Positions 20,201 through 29,073 of a stretch of DNA of 51,258 bases are shown here, piece after piece. A model generated the notes under the pieces. That model was not told where the DNA came from and made no database searches. It was given only the letters and a program-made list of their open reading frames with translations. The stretch lies in NCBI GenBank assembly GCA_964559905.1, contig CAZLJT010000001.1, positions 1 to 51,258 on the forward strand. The letters are read 5' to 3'. Source of the DNA: an uncultured Aquiflexum sp. (GTDB lineage: Bacteria > Bacteroidota > Bacteroidia > Cytophagales > Cyclobacteriaceae). The stretch's first letter is position 1. Each line of letters opens with the position of its first letter. A program made the translations under genes and the position numbers.

Positions 20201-20895
20201 ATAGTGAGGTTTGAAAAATCCACCCTCATACCGGCAGATTCAAATGTGTTGGTTTTGATGATACCTACTATATAAAAAGGGAATTTATCGATCACCACCG
20301 GGGTGTAATAAATCAGGTGATCTTCATCATTATAGATTATTTTTTCTTTGTTTATGGGTAAATGATAAACCTCTTTAAATTCTTTCCCAAAAAGAGGTAG
20401 TTTCTTTCCAATCTCTAAACTGGGATAAATAATTGAATTCATGGAATCGACCAAAAAAACAGATTCAAAGAATTCTTGCTTCTTGATTTTTGAGAAAAGT
20501 TGGTTTATGTAGATGGTGTCCCGGCTGTTTTGAGGAAAATTTAAAATTAAACCTGTAGACTTTTTAAATTTATTCTGCCAAAAAGTAATATCCCGCACAT
20601 TTAAAGTATCAAATTGATCGAATGAAAGATAATTACAGTTTTCAAGCTTTTCCCAAATTCCATTTTCCTTTTTGTAACAGCGTTTTAATAAGTTGCGCTT
20701 CCTTTCCTCCTGCTCCTTTTGGTTGATAAAGGACTGAAAAGCTACCTGAAAATTTCCTTTGATCAATTCCATATTTCGGATTGCCTGTTGGTCAAGTTCC
20801 TTCTTGTTGGTATTGGACTGCTGAAAAAGCATGAAAGCCACAATGATGATGGCCACCATAAAGATTCCCCAGATTTTGAAATTCTTGAGTCCCAT
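17284..20895 (-). CDS. Very large (1203 aa) polytopic membrane protein of unknown function with two extracytoplasmic (Cache-like?) regions and a C-terminal cytoplasmic domain
   Basis: Long uninterrupted ORF; N-terminal TM, two soluble regions separated by TM blocks, a central multi-TM block, a soluble tail and two final TMs; domain identities are inferred. Confidence 0.75.
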   Translation of the reverse strand: MGLKNFKIWGIFMVAIIIVAFMLFQQSNTNKKELDQQAIRNMELIKGNFQVAFQSFINQKEQEERKRNLLKRCYKKENGIWEKLENCNYLSFDQFDTLNVRDITFWQNKFKKSTGLILNFPQNSRDTIYINQLFSKIKKQEFFESVFLVDSMNSIIYPSLEIGKKLPLFGKEFKEVYHLPINKEKIIYNDEDHLIYYTPVVIDKFPFYIVGIIKTNTFESAGMRVDFSNLTILVFLLGLMLFSLPILSFLGLTKGDKLTRFGVFSVGLSLVGIMVILGFGFSFSKNHHPLTDQDHEVAMREIKESIQSKLLDKTSLLDNWDTNATKLLPQVNVRRANDLIRINNLGGIESIYQNGTLDTLNQIYRSLQHRIYYSYFLKPSEKIEIKEFNKTKSDIKYIGSHYSLANSEQESVISRYDSALNQVEAITFSWDTKLTKYDTLREYLFFKKNGLIIKKSERIKVAADSLSQLLSAKKWQEVEAIINNNLSSDQGLQWMIPLYLDGHAFNGYLQKVSFENHHFDQDLWMIYLKDEHLEHVYSSLVTFETTILLLFYLLMLALISFANKLNKTKTKNKTIEKFAYNYLYPKKSKSKNFEYLIWFMVIYIFLIIYFYHLPDINFFGIFTILIITTFHFKVITYMMLGPRWQKSNSRLSAEENRRVIKNSRNQEISRFIWIMGMVIAISFGFLAGLIPYISYFILFIWVIGSSYYTFKKRLKISEKNEVKIKPKDVTSHESQGSQNSMATNCHYTYTSFFIMWIFMIGFVPGYIIYSKVHQFESKNWEPQKKAEDYKDTPDVFWNTYDEVRRLFFGNLTDQNASQVKAFIYTDRSLMQPKLAHYKLIDLGTLLKPIQKLKESMLLVIFVTIVFLLILALFVWMVYTLTKKIYFLDFEGFLYHHQNPNTATLNQKVFLCGIDSEKFPKWIQNLIDLGNHEITDCTSNPDLKWGESITPDLEGKNIWIIKNVHCLPDLLLLLERLPHFIKAVNDNIYLVFSSGYSWKQLLYQIKDPHQKMVFSELFSSFHFEYVPIELEPYLKVKTPNDEKASILIRSRKAYFYNIWSEMSFEEKKICYYFSQEGFFNFTHRPVITELIQKGILGPKGILDGSESSELFPILFDKHFRIFILGNVTEEEIQAFKRDEEKYGNASSIQIAVFSFILLSVALISYFDKNFLDQASTFVAGISGALGGIYSLIRNSLLSTGKSKS

Positions 20896-21273
20896 TAAAA
20901 TATTGATTTAAAAATTTAATTAAATATACAAAAACTGCTGTATATCAAAAAGATATGAAATAGGAATATCAATAGACTATTTTTCGAACACGCTTACTTT
21001 TATTGACAAATTTTTTTTCAAAATGCTTCTAAAGAATAGGATTCCGATTTGGTCAAGTCTTTTTTCTTGATTTAATCATATTTAAAAAATCCAATTTTTA
21101 TTTTATTTTTTATCCTTAAACCCATCAATTTCAGTCATTTCAATCAAAAAGTATATTTTTTTGATACTGATTTTTGTTAATCTCATTTTATACAGGCATA
21201 TTTATTGCTCTCGCAACAAAAGTTCTGAATAGTCAATAATTGATTACTATTAGATTTAAAACTATCGATTTAA

Positions 21274-21867
21274 ATGGAAAAAAATCTTATCTCGCTCTTT
21301 CTGGTAATTTTATTAGGGTTTCAGGTTTCTGCACAGGAATCAACAGAAACGGGTTCACTCAATGAGGGGACTATTACCAGTCAATTTGATTATCTCAATA
21401 GGATATCCAACAATTATCAAGAATATAAAGTAGTCAAAAAGACTCATCTCGAAAAAATCCGTTCCAATGTTCTTGATTCTCTCAATGTTTTCAAAAATCA
21501 ATTGGTCACTGTTAATCAGGAATTGAGTACAAGGCAATCCAAAATCGGGGAGTTGGAAAAGCAAGTATCCGAAACCAATAAACAATTGGAAATAGCTGAA
21601 TCGGCTAGGGATAATTTTGAGTTTTTGGGAATGGCAATCCATAAATCAGCTTATGTTACCATGATGTGGACCATAGTTGGAATTTTGACTGCTGCTTTTC
21701 TTTTCTTTTTATTCAGGTATAGCCAAAGTCACAGGGTGATATCCCGAGCCAAAAAGGACCTGGCCGAAACGATTGAAGAATTTGAACAGCATCGTAAAAA
21801 TACCCTTGAAAGAGAAAGGAAATTAAAGAGAGAATTGGTGGATGCCATGAATGGTAGAATACATTAA
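21274..21867 (+). CDS. Conserved exported coiled-coil protein with one C-proximal TM, function unknown
   Basis: Signal peptide, SNNYQEYKVVK, coiled coil, TM, EFEQHRKNTLERERKLKRELVD. Confidence 0.8.
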   Translation: MEKNLISLFLVILLGFQVSAQESTETGSLNEGTITSQFDYLNRISNNYQEYKVVKKTHLEKIRSNVLDSLNVFKNQLVTVNQELSTRQSKIGELEKQVSETNKQLEIAESARDNFEFLGMAIHKSAYVTMMWTIVGILTAAFLFFLFRYSQSHRVISRAKKDLAETIEEFEQHRKNTLERERKLKRELVDAMNGRIH

Positions 21868-21884
21868 AATACTGAACATTTTAC

Positions 21885-21927
21885 ATAAAAAATCCCCTTC
21901 AAATAGATTTTGAAGGGGATTTTTTAT
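21885..21927. terminator. Bidirectional intrinsic terminator between convergent genes
   Basis: ATAAAAAATCCCCTTCAAA-tagat-TTTGAAGGGGATTTTTTAT perfect inverted repeat with A/T tails. Confidence 0.92.
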
Positions 21928-21978
21928 TGATGGGTTTCTGCTTTGGTCAAAATTGACTGAATGATTTCGATTTTTTGA

Positions 21979-22290
21979 TTAAGTAAGTAGGATCAACAAT
22001 AATAAAATGATGATGATGGCCCCTACGGAAATATAAACTCCACCTCCAAGTGCTTTGGCCTCTTTTTTCATCTCTCTCAACTCCTCTTTCACTTCTTTGC
22101 GCTCTTCGCTACTGAGGTCTGAAAAGTCCATAGACTTAATTTCGTCAACTCTCTTTTCTATTTCAGCCACTCGGGCTTCTTCTTCAACAGTCAGTTCTTT
22201 TTTATCTTTTTTGGATTCTTTTGCCATAGCAACCGGCGCTAGCGCTGTAAACAAAAACATAAGGGACAGAAATAATGCAATTTTTTTCAT
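21979..22290 (-). CDS. Small exported protein with C-terminal GGGVYISVGAIIIILLLLILL hydrophobic tail
   Basis: Signal peptide (AMA-K), charged helical hairpin and terminal TM; terminator downstream. Confidence 0.85.
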   Translation of the reverse strand: MKKIALFLSLMFLFTALAPVAMAKESKKDKKELTVEEEARVAEIEKRVDEIKSMDFSDLSSEERKEVKEELREMKKEAKALGGGVYISVGAIIIILLLLILLT

Positions 22291-22537
22291 ATGGGAACAA
22301 TTAAGTTTTAGTTAATATTTTTTTTAAAACCTTGGGTTTAAAAAAAACAGGATGTTAGAATAATAATACCAATAATCAGACCAAAGCTGATTAAAGCAAT
22401 TCTAAGGTAGTTATTTTTTAACAGGATTTGTTAGATTTTCGGTCCCAGGGTAGGATTATTATTTGTAATTTAGCCCATTCAGGAAGACTTTCAAAGTTTT
22501 CAAAATCTAATTTAATCCAATAAACAGAAGCAATACC

Positions 22538-25354
22538 ATGTCCCCAAAAGGAGATAAGAAACTTTTCCTCCTGGATGCAATGGCCCTGATCTACAGGGCC
22601 CACTTTGCCTTCAGCAAAAACCCCCGTATCAATTCCAAGGGTCTCAATACCGGCATTATGCTCGGTTTTACCAATACCCTCCTGGAAGTGTTGGAAAAAG
22701 AAAGACCCACCCATATTGCTGTGGCATTTGATACCAAAGCACCGACTTTCAGACATATACAGTTTGAAGCCTATAAGGCCAACCGTCAAGAACAGCCAGA
22801 AGATATCGAAGTAGGTATTCCTTGGGTAAAGCAAATCGTCAAAGCCTTTCGTATCCCACTTTTGGAACTGGATGGTTTCGAAGCGGATGATATTATTGGG
22901 ACCCTGGCCAAAAAAGCTGAAAGAACCAGTTTCGAAGTCTACATGATGACCCCCGACAAGGATTATGGGCAATTGGTAGAAGACCACATCTTCTTATATA
23001 AGCCTGCTTTTATGGGCAATGGAGTTGATATAATGGGTCCCAAAGAAGTATGTGCCAAATGGGATATAGAACATGTCGATCAGGTAAGGGACATTCTTGG
23101 ACTGATGGGCGATGCTGTGGATAATATTCCTGGAATTCCCGGAATAGGAGAAAAGACCGCTGTAAAACTTCTCAAAGAATATGGTACTATTGAAGAACTC
23201 TTAAATAACACAGATCAACTTAAAGGCAAGCAGAAAGAAAATGTAGTGAACTTTGCCCAACAAGGGTTGCTTTCCAAAGAATTGGCAACTATCAATATTG
23301 AAGTGCCGGTAGAGTTTGATGAAGTGGATTTGCGTTACGACGGACCTGATGAGGAAAAACTGAAAGCACTTTTTGCAGAACTTGAATTCCGTACTTTGAC
23401 ACAAAGGGTATTTGGAGAAAAAATCAAAAAGCCTCAAATTAAAGTAAGTGAACAATTAGGACTGTTTACCGGTACTGAAGAATCCAAAGAGAAAGAGGAG
23501 GAAGTAGTGGAGGAAAGTCCTTTACCGGCCATTCAGTTACATGACAGTATCCTGACTTCTGCTCATGATTACCATAAAGTAGACGGTGAAAAAGCCATCA
23601 AGGAATTGATCGGTTATTTGGAGTTGCAGGATGAATTTTGCTTTGATACCGAAACCACCTCCCTGAATCCCAATGAAGCGGAGTTGGTAGGACTGTCGTT
23701 TTCTTACGTTCCCGGGGAAGCATTTTATATTCCTTTTCCTGCCGATCAGGAGGAAGCCAAACAGAAACTGGAATTATTTAGGGGAATATTTGAAAATGAA
23801 AACATTACCAAAATAGGGCAAAATGTAAAATATGACCTTTTGGTTTTGAAAAACTATGGCATGGATGTCAAAGGAAAACTATATGACACCATGTTGGCAC
23901 ATTACCTGATTGAACCTGAGGGTAAGCATTCCATGGATTGGTTGGCCCAACAATACCTCAATTACAGACCGGTATCCATTGAGTCCCTGATCGGAAAAAA
24001 AGGGAAAAACCAAGGAAATATGCGGGATGTGGAGGTGGATGAGGTAGTTGCTTATGCAGCCGAAGATGCAGACGTTACATTAAAGCTCAAACAAAAGTTT
24101 GACCCCATCATCAAAAGCAATGGATTGGAAAAATTGCTTCATGAAGTAGAAAATCCTTTGATTCGGGTGTTAACGGATATGGAATTTGAGGGAGTGAAGA
24201 TTGATACGGAAAGCCTTGCGGAGATGTCCGTGCTCTTAGATGAGGAAAGCAAAGAAATCGAAAAAAGAGTTTATGAACTTGCAGGAGAGAAATTCAATCT
24301 TTCCTCACCAAAGCAATTAGGAGAAATATTATTTGTCAAACTCCAATTGGATCCAAAAGCAAAAAAAACCAAAACAGGTCAGTTTGCAACCGGAGAAGAA
24401 GTGCTGAGCAAAATGGCTGGAGAACACGAAATTGCAGATGCTATTCTGGAATATCGTCAGATGGTGAAGCTCAAGTCCACCTATGTGGATGCCTTGCCTA
24501 CGATGATCAATCCCAAAACAGGAAGGGTACATACTACCTACAATCAGTTTGTAGCTGCCACAGGGAGGCTTTCCTCCATCAATCCCAACCTACAGAATAT
24601 CCCCATTCGAACTGCAAGAGGGAGGGAAATTAGAAAAGCATTTGTTCCGAGAGATGATAATCATGTATTGTTGGCAGCGGATTATTCTCAGATAGAATTG
24701 CGCATCATGGCTGCATTTTCACAGGATGAATCCATGATTGAAGCTTTCAAAAACGATAGGGATATCCATGCCACCACTGCGGCAAAAATATTTCAGGTTC
24801 CTTTGGAAGAAGTGACTTCTGATATGAGGAGAAAAGCCAAAACGGCCAACTTTGGTATCATCTATGGCATCTCGGCATTTGGACTTTCCCAACGCCTTAG
24901 CATTTCCAGGACAGAAGCAAAAGAGATCATCGATGCTTATTTCAAAGAATTTCCGGCTGTCAAAGAATATATGGACAATGCCATCGAAAAAGCAAGGAAA
25001 AACGAATTTGTCGAAACCATCCTTGGACGTCGTCGATATCTCCGTGATATCAACAGCCGCAATCAGACTATGCGGGGCTTTGCGGAGCGGAACGCCATCA
25101 ATGCCCCCATTCAAGGTTCCGCTGCCGATATGATTAAGGTAGCCATGATTCATGTCTATGAGTGGATGAAAAAACAAAACCTGAAATCTAAAATGATCCT
25201 ACAGGTTCACGATGAATTGGTTTTTGATGCGCACAAAGATGAGGTGGAATTGCTTCAAAAAGAAATTCCCAAACTCATGTCCAATGCCGTCACCATCGAG
25301 GTTCCCCTGGTGGTGGAAGTAGGGATAGGAAGTGACTGGCTGCAAGCGCATTAA
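22538..25354 (+). CDS. polA: DNA polymerase I
   Basis: 5'-3' exonuclease (LLDAMALIYRAH, EADDIIG), 3'-5' exonuclease (FDTETT), polymerase motifs DYSQIELR, AKTANFGIIYG, QVHDE. Confidence 0.99.
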   Translation: MSPKGDKKLFLLDAMALIYRAHFAFSKNPRINSKGLNTGIMLGFTNTLLEVLEKERPTHIAVAFDTKAPTFRHIQFEAYKANRQEQPEDIEVGIPWVKQIVKAFRIPLLELDGFEADDIIGTLAKKAERTSFEVYMMTPDKDYGQLVEDHIFLYKPAFMGNGVDIMGPKEVCAKWDIEHVDQVRDILGLMGDAVDNIPGIPGIGEKTAVKLLKEYGTIEELLNNTDQLKGKQKENVVNFAQQGLLSKELATINIEVPVEFDEVDLRYDGPDEEKLKALFAELEFRTLTQRVFGEKIKKPQIKVSEQLGLFTGTEESKEKEEEVVEESPLPAIQLHDSILTSAHDYHKVDGEKAIKELIGYLELQDEFCFDTETTSLNPNEAELVGLSFSYVPGEAFYIPFPADQEEAKQKLELFRGIFENENITKIGQNVKYDLLVLKNYGMDVKGKLYDTMLAHYLIEPEGKHSMDWLAQQYLNYRPVSIESLIGKKGKNQGNMRDVEVDEVVAYAAEDADVTLKLKQKFDPIIKSNGLEKLLHEVENPLIRVLTDMEFEGVKIDTESLAEMSVLLDEESKEIEKRVYELAGEKFNLSSPKQLGEILFVKLQLDPKAKKTKTGQFATGEEVLSKMAGEHEIADAILEYRQMVKLKSTYVDALPTMINPKTGRVHTTYNQFVAATGRLSSINPNLQNIPIRTARGREIRKAFVPRDDNHVLLAADYSQIELRIMAAFSQDESMIEAFKNDRDIHATTAAKIFQVPLEEVTSDMRRKAKTANFGIIYGISAFGLSQRLSISRTEAKEIIDAYFKEFPAVKEYMDNAIEKARKNEFVETILGRRRYLRDINSRNQTMRGFAERNAINAPIQGSAADMIKVAMIHVYEWMKKQNLKSKMILQVHDELVFDAHKDEVELLQKEIPKLMSNAVTIEVPLVVEVGIGSDWLQAH

Positions 25355-25387
25355 TTAGAATTTAGACGCTAGACATGAGATTTGAGA
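25353..25387. repeat. 7-nt-period NNNNAGA tract directly 3' of the polA stop
   Basis: AATTAGA ATTTAGA CGCTAGA CATGAGA TTTGAGA. Confidence 0.75.
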
Positions 25388-25515
25388 TGGATTTTTCGAA
25401 AAGAATTAATCTCTAATTCCTAAAATGAAATTACTTCTATTGACACCTTATGCTTGCCTAAAAATCACTATTGAATATACTATTTAGAACTATTTTCAAT
25501 CCACAATAATCCAAG

Positions 25516-25550
25516 TCTTATGTCTTGAGTCTCATGTCTCAAATCTTCCC
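25516..25550. repeat. 7-nt-period TCTNNNN tract directly 5' of the radA start; inverted partner of 25353-25387
   Basis: TCTTATG TCTTGAG TCTCATG TCTCAAA TCTTCCC. Confidence 0.75.
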
Positions 25551-25552
25551 CA

Positions 25553-26938
25553 ATGGCTAAAACAAAAACCACCTTTTTCTGCCAAAACTGCGGCGCCCAA
25601 AGCCCTAAATGGATAGGTAAATGCCCTGCTTGTGGGGAATGGAATACGTATGTAGAAGAGGTTATCCAAAAAGAGGAAGTAGGGAAAGGCAATTGGAAGC
25701 AATCTACTAGTGGTTCCAAATCCAAAAGAGCCGCTACCCCAAGACGCTTGACGGATATCAATTTTGAAGAGCAGCCAAGAACAGTCACACATGATGCGGA
25801 ATTGGATAGGGTTTTAGGCGGTGGAATCGTACCAGGGTCTTTGGTTTTGATAGGTGGAGAGCCGGGCATTGGAAAATCTACCCTGATGTTGCAGATTGCA
25901 TTGTCATTACCTCAGGTTAAGGTGCTGTATGTTTCAGGAGAGGAAAGTGAAGCCCAAATCAAAATGCGGGCAGAGCGGATGGCATTTCATTCTGATAACT
26001 GTTACGTACTTTCTGAAACCAATACCCAACAGATTTTTCAGCAGATAGAAATGCTACAACCGGAATTATTGGTCATCGATTCTATTCAGACTTTACACAG
26101 TCAATATGTGGAATCTGCAGCAGGTTCTGTATCCCAAGTTAGGGAATGTACGGCTGAACTGATGAAATTTGCTAAGGAAACGGGGACCCCCGTATTTTTG
26201 ATTGGTCATATTACCAAGGAAGGTTCTATTGCTGGCCCAAAGGTATTGGAGCATATGGTGGATACCGTATTGCAGTTTGAAGGAGATAGGCATCTTTCTT
26301 ATAGGATCCTTCGGACCTCCAAAAACCGCTTTGGCTCCACTAATGAATTGGGCATTTATGAAATGCGTGCCGAAGGTTTGCGGCAGGTTGCCAATCCTTC
26401 AGAAATACTTCTGACCCAAAGAGAAGAAGTTTTAAACGGAGTGGCCATAGGTGCCATGATGGAAGGAAACCGGCCCCTATTAATAGAGATTCAATCTCTG
26501 GTAAGCCCGGCCACTTATGGTACTCCACAGCGCAGCAGTACCGGGCATGATGCCAAGAGATTGAATATGCTCTTGGCTGTATTGGAGAAAAGAGGCGGAA
26601 TGAGACTTGGACAACAGGATGTATTCCTCAATGTGGCCGGTGGTCTTAAAGTAGATGACCCTGCTTTGGATTTGGCCGTATGCGCTTCTTTGGTTTCCTC
26701 TTATGAGGACAGTCCGGTCCCGACCGACCTTTGTTTTGCAGGAGAAGTTGGATTAGGGGGAGAAATACGGGCTGTACACAGAATAGAAAACCGGATTGCA
26801 GAAGCAGAAAAATTGGGATTCAAAAGGTTCATGGTTTCCAAATATGCCATCAAAGGTCTCGATCTGAACAAGTACAAAATTCAAGTGATTCCTGTGAGTA
26901 AGTTGGAGGAGATGTATCAGGGGTTGTTTGGGGGGTGA
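25553..26938 (+). CDS. radA: DNA repair protein RadA/Sms
   Basis: C4 zinc finger CQNCG..CPACG, Walker A GEPGIGKS, KNRFG motif, Lon-like C-terminal domain. Confidence 0.99.
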   Translation: MAKTKTTFFCQNCGAQSPKWIGKCPACGEWNTYVEEVIQKEEVGKGNWKQSTSGSKSKRAATPRRLTDINFEEQPRTVTHDAELDRVLGGGIVPGSLVLIGGEPGIGKSTLMLQIALSLPQVKVLYVSGEESEAQIKMRAERMAFHSDNCYVLSETNTQQIFQQIEMLQPELLVIDSIQTLHSQYVESAAGSVSQVRECTAELMKFAKETGTPVFLIGHITKEGSIAGPKVLEHMVDTVLQFEGDRHLSYRILRTSKNRFGSTNELGIYEMRAEGLRQVANPSEILLTQREEVLNGVAIGAMMEGNRPLLIEIQSLVSPATYGTPQRSSTGHDAKRLNMLLAVLEKRGGMRLGQQDVFLNVAGGLKVDDPALDLAVCASLVSSYEDSPVPTDLCFAGEVGLGGEIRAVHRIENRIAEAEKLGFKRFMVSKYAIKGLDLNKYKIQVIPVSKLEEMYQGLFGG

Positions 26939-26989
26939 TGTTTGATGTCAGGTGACCGATGTTGAAAAAGACGGAAGATAGGGTATGTT

Positions 26990-27070
26990 GTCATTTCGCC
27001 TGTCTTACTTTGGTTGGAGAAGCACTTCAAGTTTTCTATATATAAGTAAAGCCTGCGACGTAGCAATCTC
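26990..27070. repeat. Degenerate REP/palindromic-element relic
   Basis: Ends GTCATTTCG and GCGACGTAGCAATCTC resemble GTCATTGCG..GCAATCT-type REP ends; internal inverted TTACTT..AAGTAA. Confidence 0.35.
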
Positions 27071-27216
27071 TCTGTAAACATTGAAATTTTACTTGGATTG
27101 AAAATCTAATTATATAACCTTATTCCTCCATTTTATTCACTTGACAATCAACATAATAATATTTTTTTGTAAATTGGTTTTGTTTTTATTTTCATTCACT
27201 TTTAGACTCTAAAACA

Positions 27217-28539
27217 ATGGCAAACCAATCAGAAGATCAGGATCCGAAACTGGAATTTACAGGAAGACGCTTGGTCATGCTTGACCGCGGCGCAAAATTT
27301 AAAGAAATAGAAGAAGGTGCTGAAGGGGCCTCTCTCAGACTTGCTTCATCCAGAGATTACAAGTCCCACGAAGAAGATTATGTAGAAGCATTTGATCAGG
27401 CCGACGGAATTGTTTTTGAGAATTTTGGAGTGGCAGTGATCAATGAAAATCATGAACAGGAAATCAATGTGCTGACAAGTTCTGCGAGAACCAAAAGCAT
27501 ATTTCTGTACGATGAACCCGAGCGATATCTTTATGCCCTTACTGCTGCAAATGCATCAGGTGGAGGTGGATTTTGGCAATGGCTGTGCCGATTATTCGGG
27601 ATCGGAAGACCCCCGATATCTCCCATCCCCGACCAACCTGATCCTCATCCAAACCCCACACTTCCTGATTCTTTTTCAGATAATGCCCAAGCTTATTGGG
27701 GTGTACATGCTGTCAGGGCATTGACCAGTCCATATACAGGGAAAAATATCTCCGTTGCCATATTGGATACGGGGTTCTTATTGGCTCATCCTGATTTTCA
27801 ATCCAGGGATATCATCAGCAAATCCTTTATACCAGGAGAGGATGTCAATGACCTCAATGGGCACGGTACGCACTGTACAGGAAATGCCTCAGGAGGTATC
27901 CGTGGTTCAAATGGGGTTAGATACGGGATATCCCATGAATCAAATATTTTTATTGGCAAAGTACTTTCCAATGCGGGTTCAGGTTCTGATAGTGGGATCT
28001 TGGCCGGAATGGACTGGGCAATGACCAATGGCTGCAAAATCATTTCAATGTCTTTGGGTGCACCTACCCGTCCGGGACAGTCTCATTCCAGAATTTATGA
28101 AGATATTGCCAAGAATGCGCTGAATAAGGGTACTTTAATCATAGCTGCAGCAGGTAACGAAAGTAGAAGATCTAGTGGTGTAATTAATCCCGTGGGGCAT
28201 CCCGCTAATTGTCCGTCCATTATGGCGGTGGCAGCCGTTGACAGGTTTTTGAAAGTGGCTGATTTCTCTTGTGGTGGGATCAACCCGAATGGAGGCGAGG
28301 TTAACATTGCCGGACCAGGTGTGGGGGTATTGAGTGCTTATAAATCCCCACAGATTTATGCCACGCTGAGTGGTACAAGTATGGCAACTCCTTTTGTCTC
28401 CGGAGTAGCTGCCCAATTATGGGAAAAAAATCCATCGGCTACACCTACACAAATTTGGCAGGAATTGATCAATACTGCACGCCCTCTAAACCTACCCGTC
28501 AGTGATGTGGGTGCTGGATTGGTTCAGTGTCCTCAGTAG
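27217..28539 (+). CDS. Subtilisin-family (S8) serine peptidase without signal peptide
   Basis: Catalytic triad motifs ILDTG, NGHGTHCTG, SGTSMATP; oxyanion AAAGN; N-terminal propeptide-like region. Confidence 0.95.
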   Translation: MANQSEDQDPKLEFTGRRLVMLDRGAKFKEIEEGAEGASLRLASSRDYKSHEEDYVEAFDQADGIVFENFGVAVINENHEQEINVLTSSARTKSIFLYDEPERYLYALTAANASGGGGFWQWLCRLFGIGRPPISPIPDQPDPHPNPTLPDSFSDNAQAYWGVHAVRALTSPYTGKNISVAILDTGFLLAHPDFQSRDIISKSFIPGEDVNDLNGHGTHCTGNASGGIRGSNGVRYGISHESNIFIGKVLSNAGSGSDSGILAGMDWAMTNGCKIISMSLGAPTRPGQSHSRIYEDIAKNALNKGTLIIAAAGNESRRSSGVINPVGHPANCPSIMAVAAVDRFLKVADFSCGGINPNGGEVNIAGPGVGVLSAYKSPQIYATLSGTSMATPFVSGVAAQLWEKNPSATPTQIWQELINTARPLNLPVSDVGAGLVQCPQ

Positions 28540-28726
28540 AGAGTTCGTTTAGTAATATTATCTGCTTTTTTCAGTATTAGGAATTGGTTGAAATTAGATG
28601 TTTATGGATGACTTATCCTGTATTTTTCGGGATTGGATATTTGTAGATGTTGGATCTAAATCTATGGAAAATTCTGAATTTTAATCCTGTTGATGGAAAA
28701 TCTAAGAAACTTAAATAAATAAACAA

Positions 28727-28954
28727 ATGGCAAACGATCCTATAAAATTTATTGCTTCCGTTGAGGACAGCGAAATTAAAAATATTCAGGACATTGCTGA
28801 AAAGCTGCGTAAAAAAGGCTGTAAGATAAATCATATACTTTCCTTTACCGGAGTGATTACGGGAGAGACCTCCGGTAATGAAGATAATCTTCAGGAAATC
28901 ATAGTCAAAGGCATTAAGCATATTGAGGAAGATGGAGAGGTTAGGGCTTTTTAG
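28727..28954 (+). CDS. Small (75 aa) protein resembling a free-standing subtilisin propeptide/I9 inhibitor
   Basis: A-rich leader and ATG; beta-alpha-beta-beta-alpha-beta pattern ending GIKHIEEDGEVRAF, like I9 V.YIEED..V.A ends; sits next to the S8 gene. Confidence 0.65.
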   Translation: MANDPIKFIASVEDSEIKNIQDIAEKLRKKGCKINHILSFTGVITGETSGNEDNLQEIIVKGIKHIEEDGEVRAF

Positions 28955-29073
28955 ATTGGAGCCAGAATACCTGAGAATCCATTAAAAAGAGCTAAGAGCC
29001 AAAGCTTGCCCTGAGTATCAGGAAACCAAGAATAAATAAATAGACATCTTCCCCAACTTAATCTTTCACGAAA

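Noticed and set aside
21274..21867. Possible tRNA methyltransferase label sometimes attached to such proteins
   Set aside because: Signal peptide, coiled coil and TM with no SAM-binding or SPOUT motif.
22418..22987. 189-aa minus-strand ORF
   Set aside because: Antisense shadow of polA with no recognisable motifs; the same applies to 24719-25177 and 25480-25869.
28613..28921. 102-aa minus-strand ORF overlapping the 75-aa gene
   Set aside because: The plus-strand ORF has a typical A-rich initiation context and an I9-like pattern; the minus ORF has neither.
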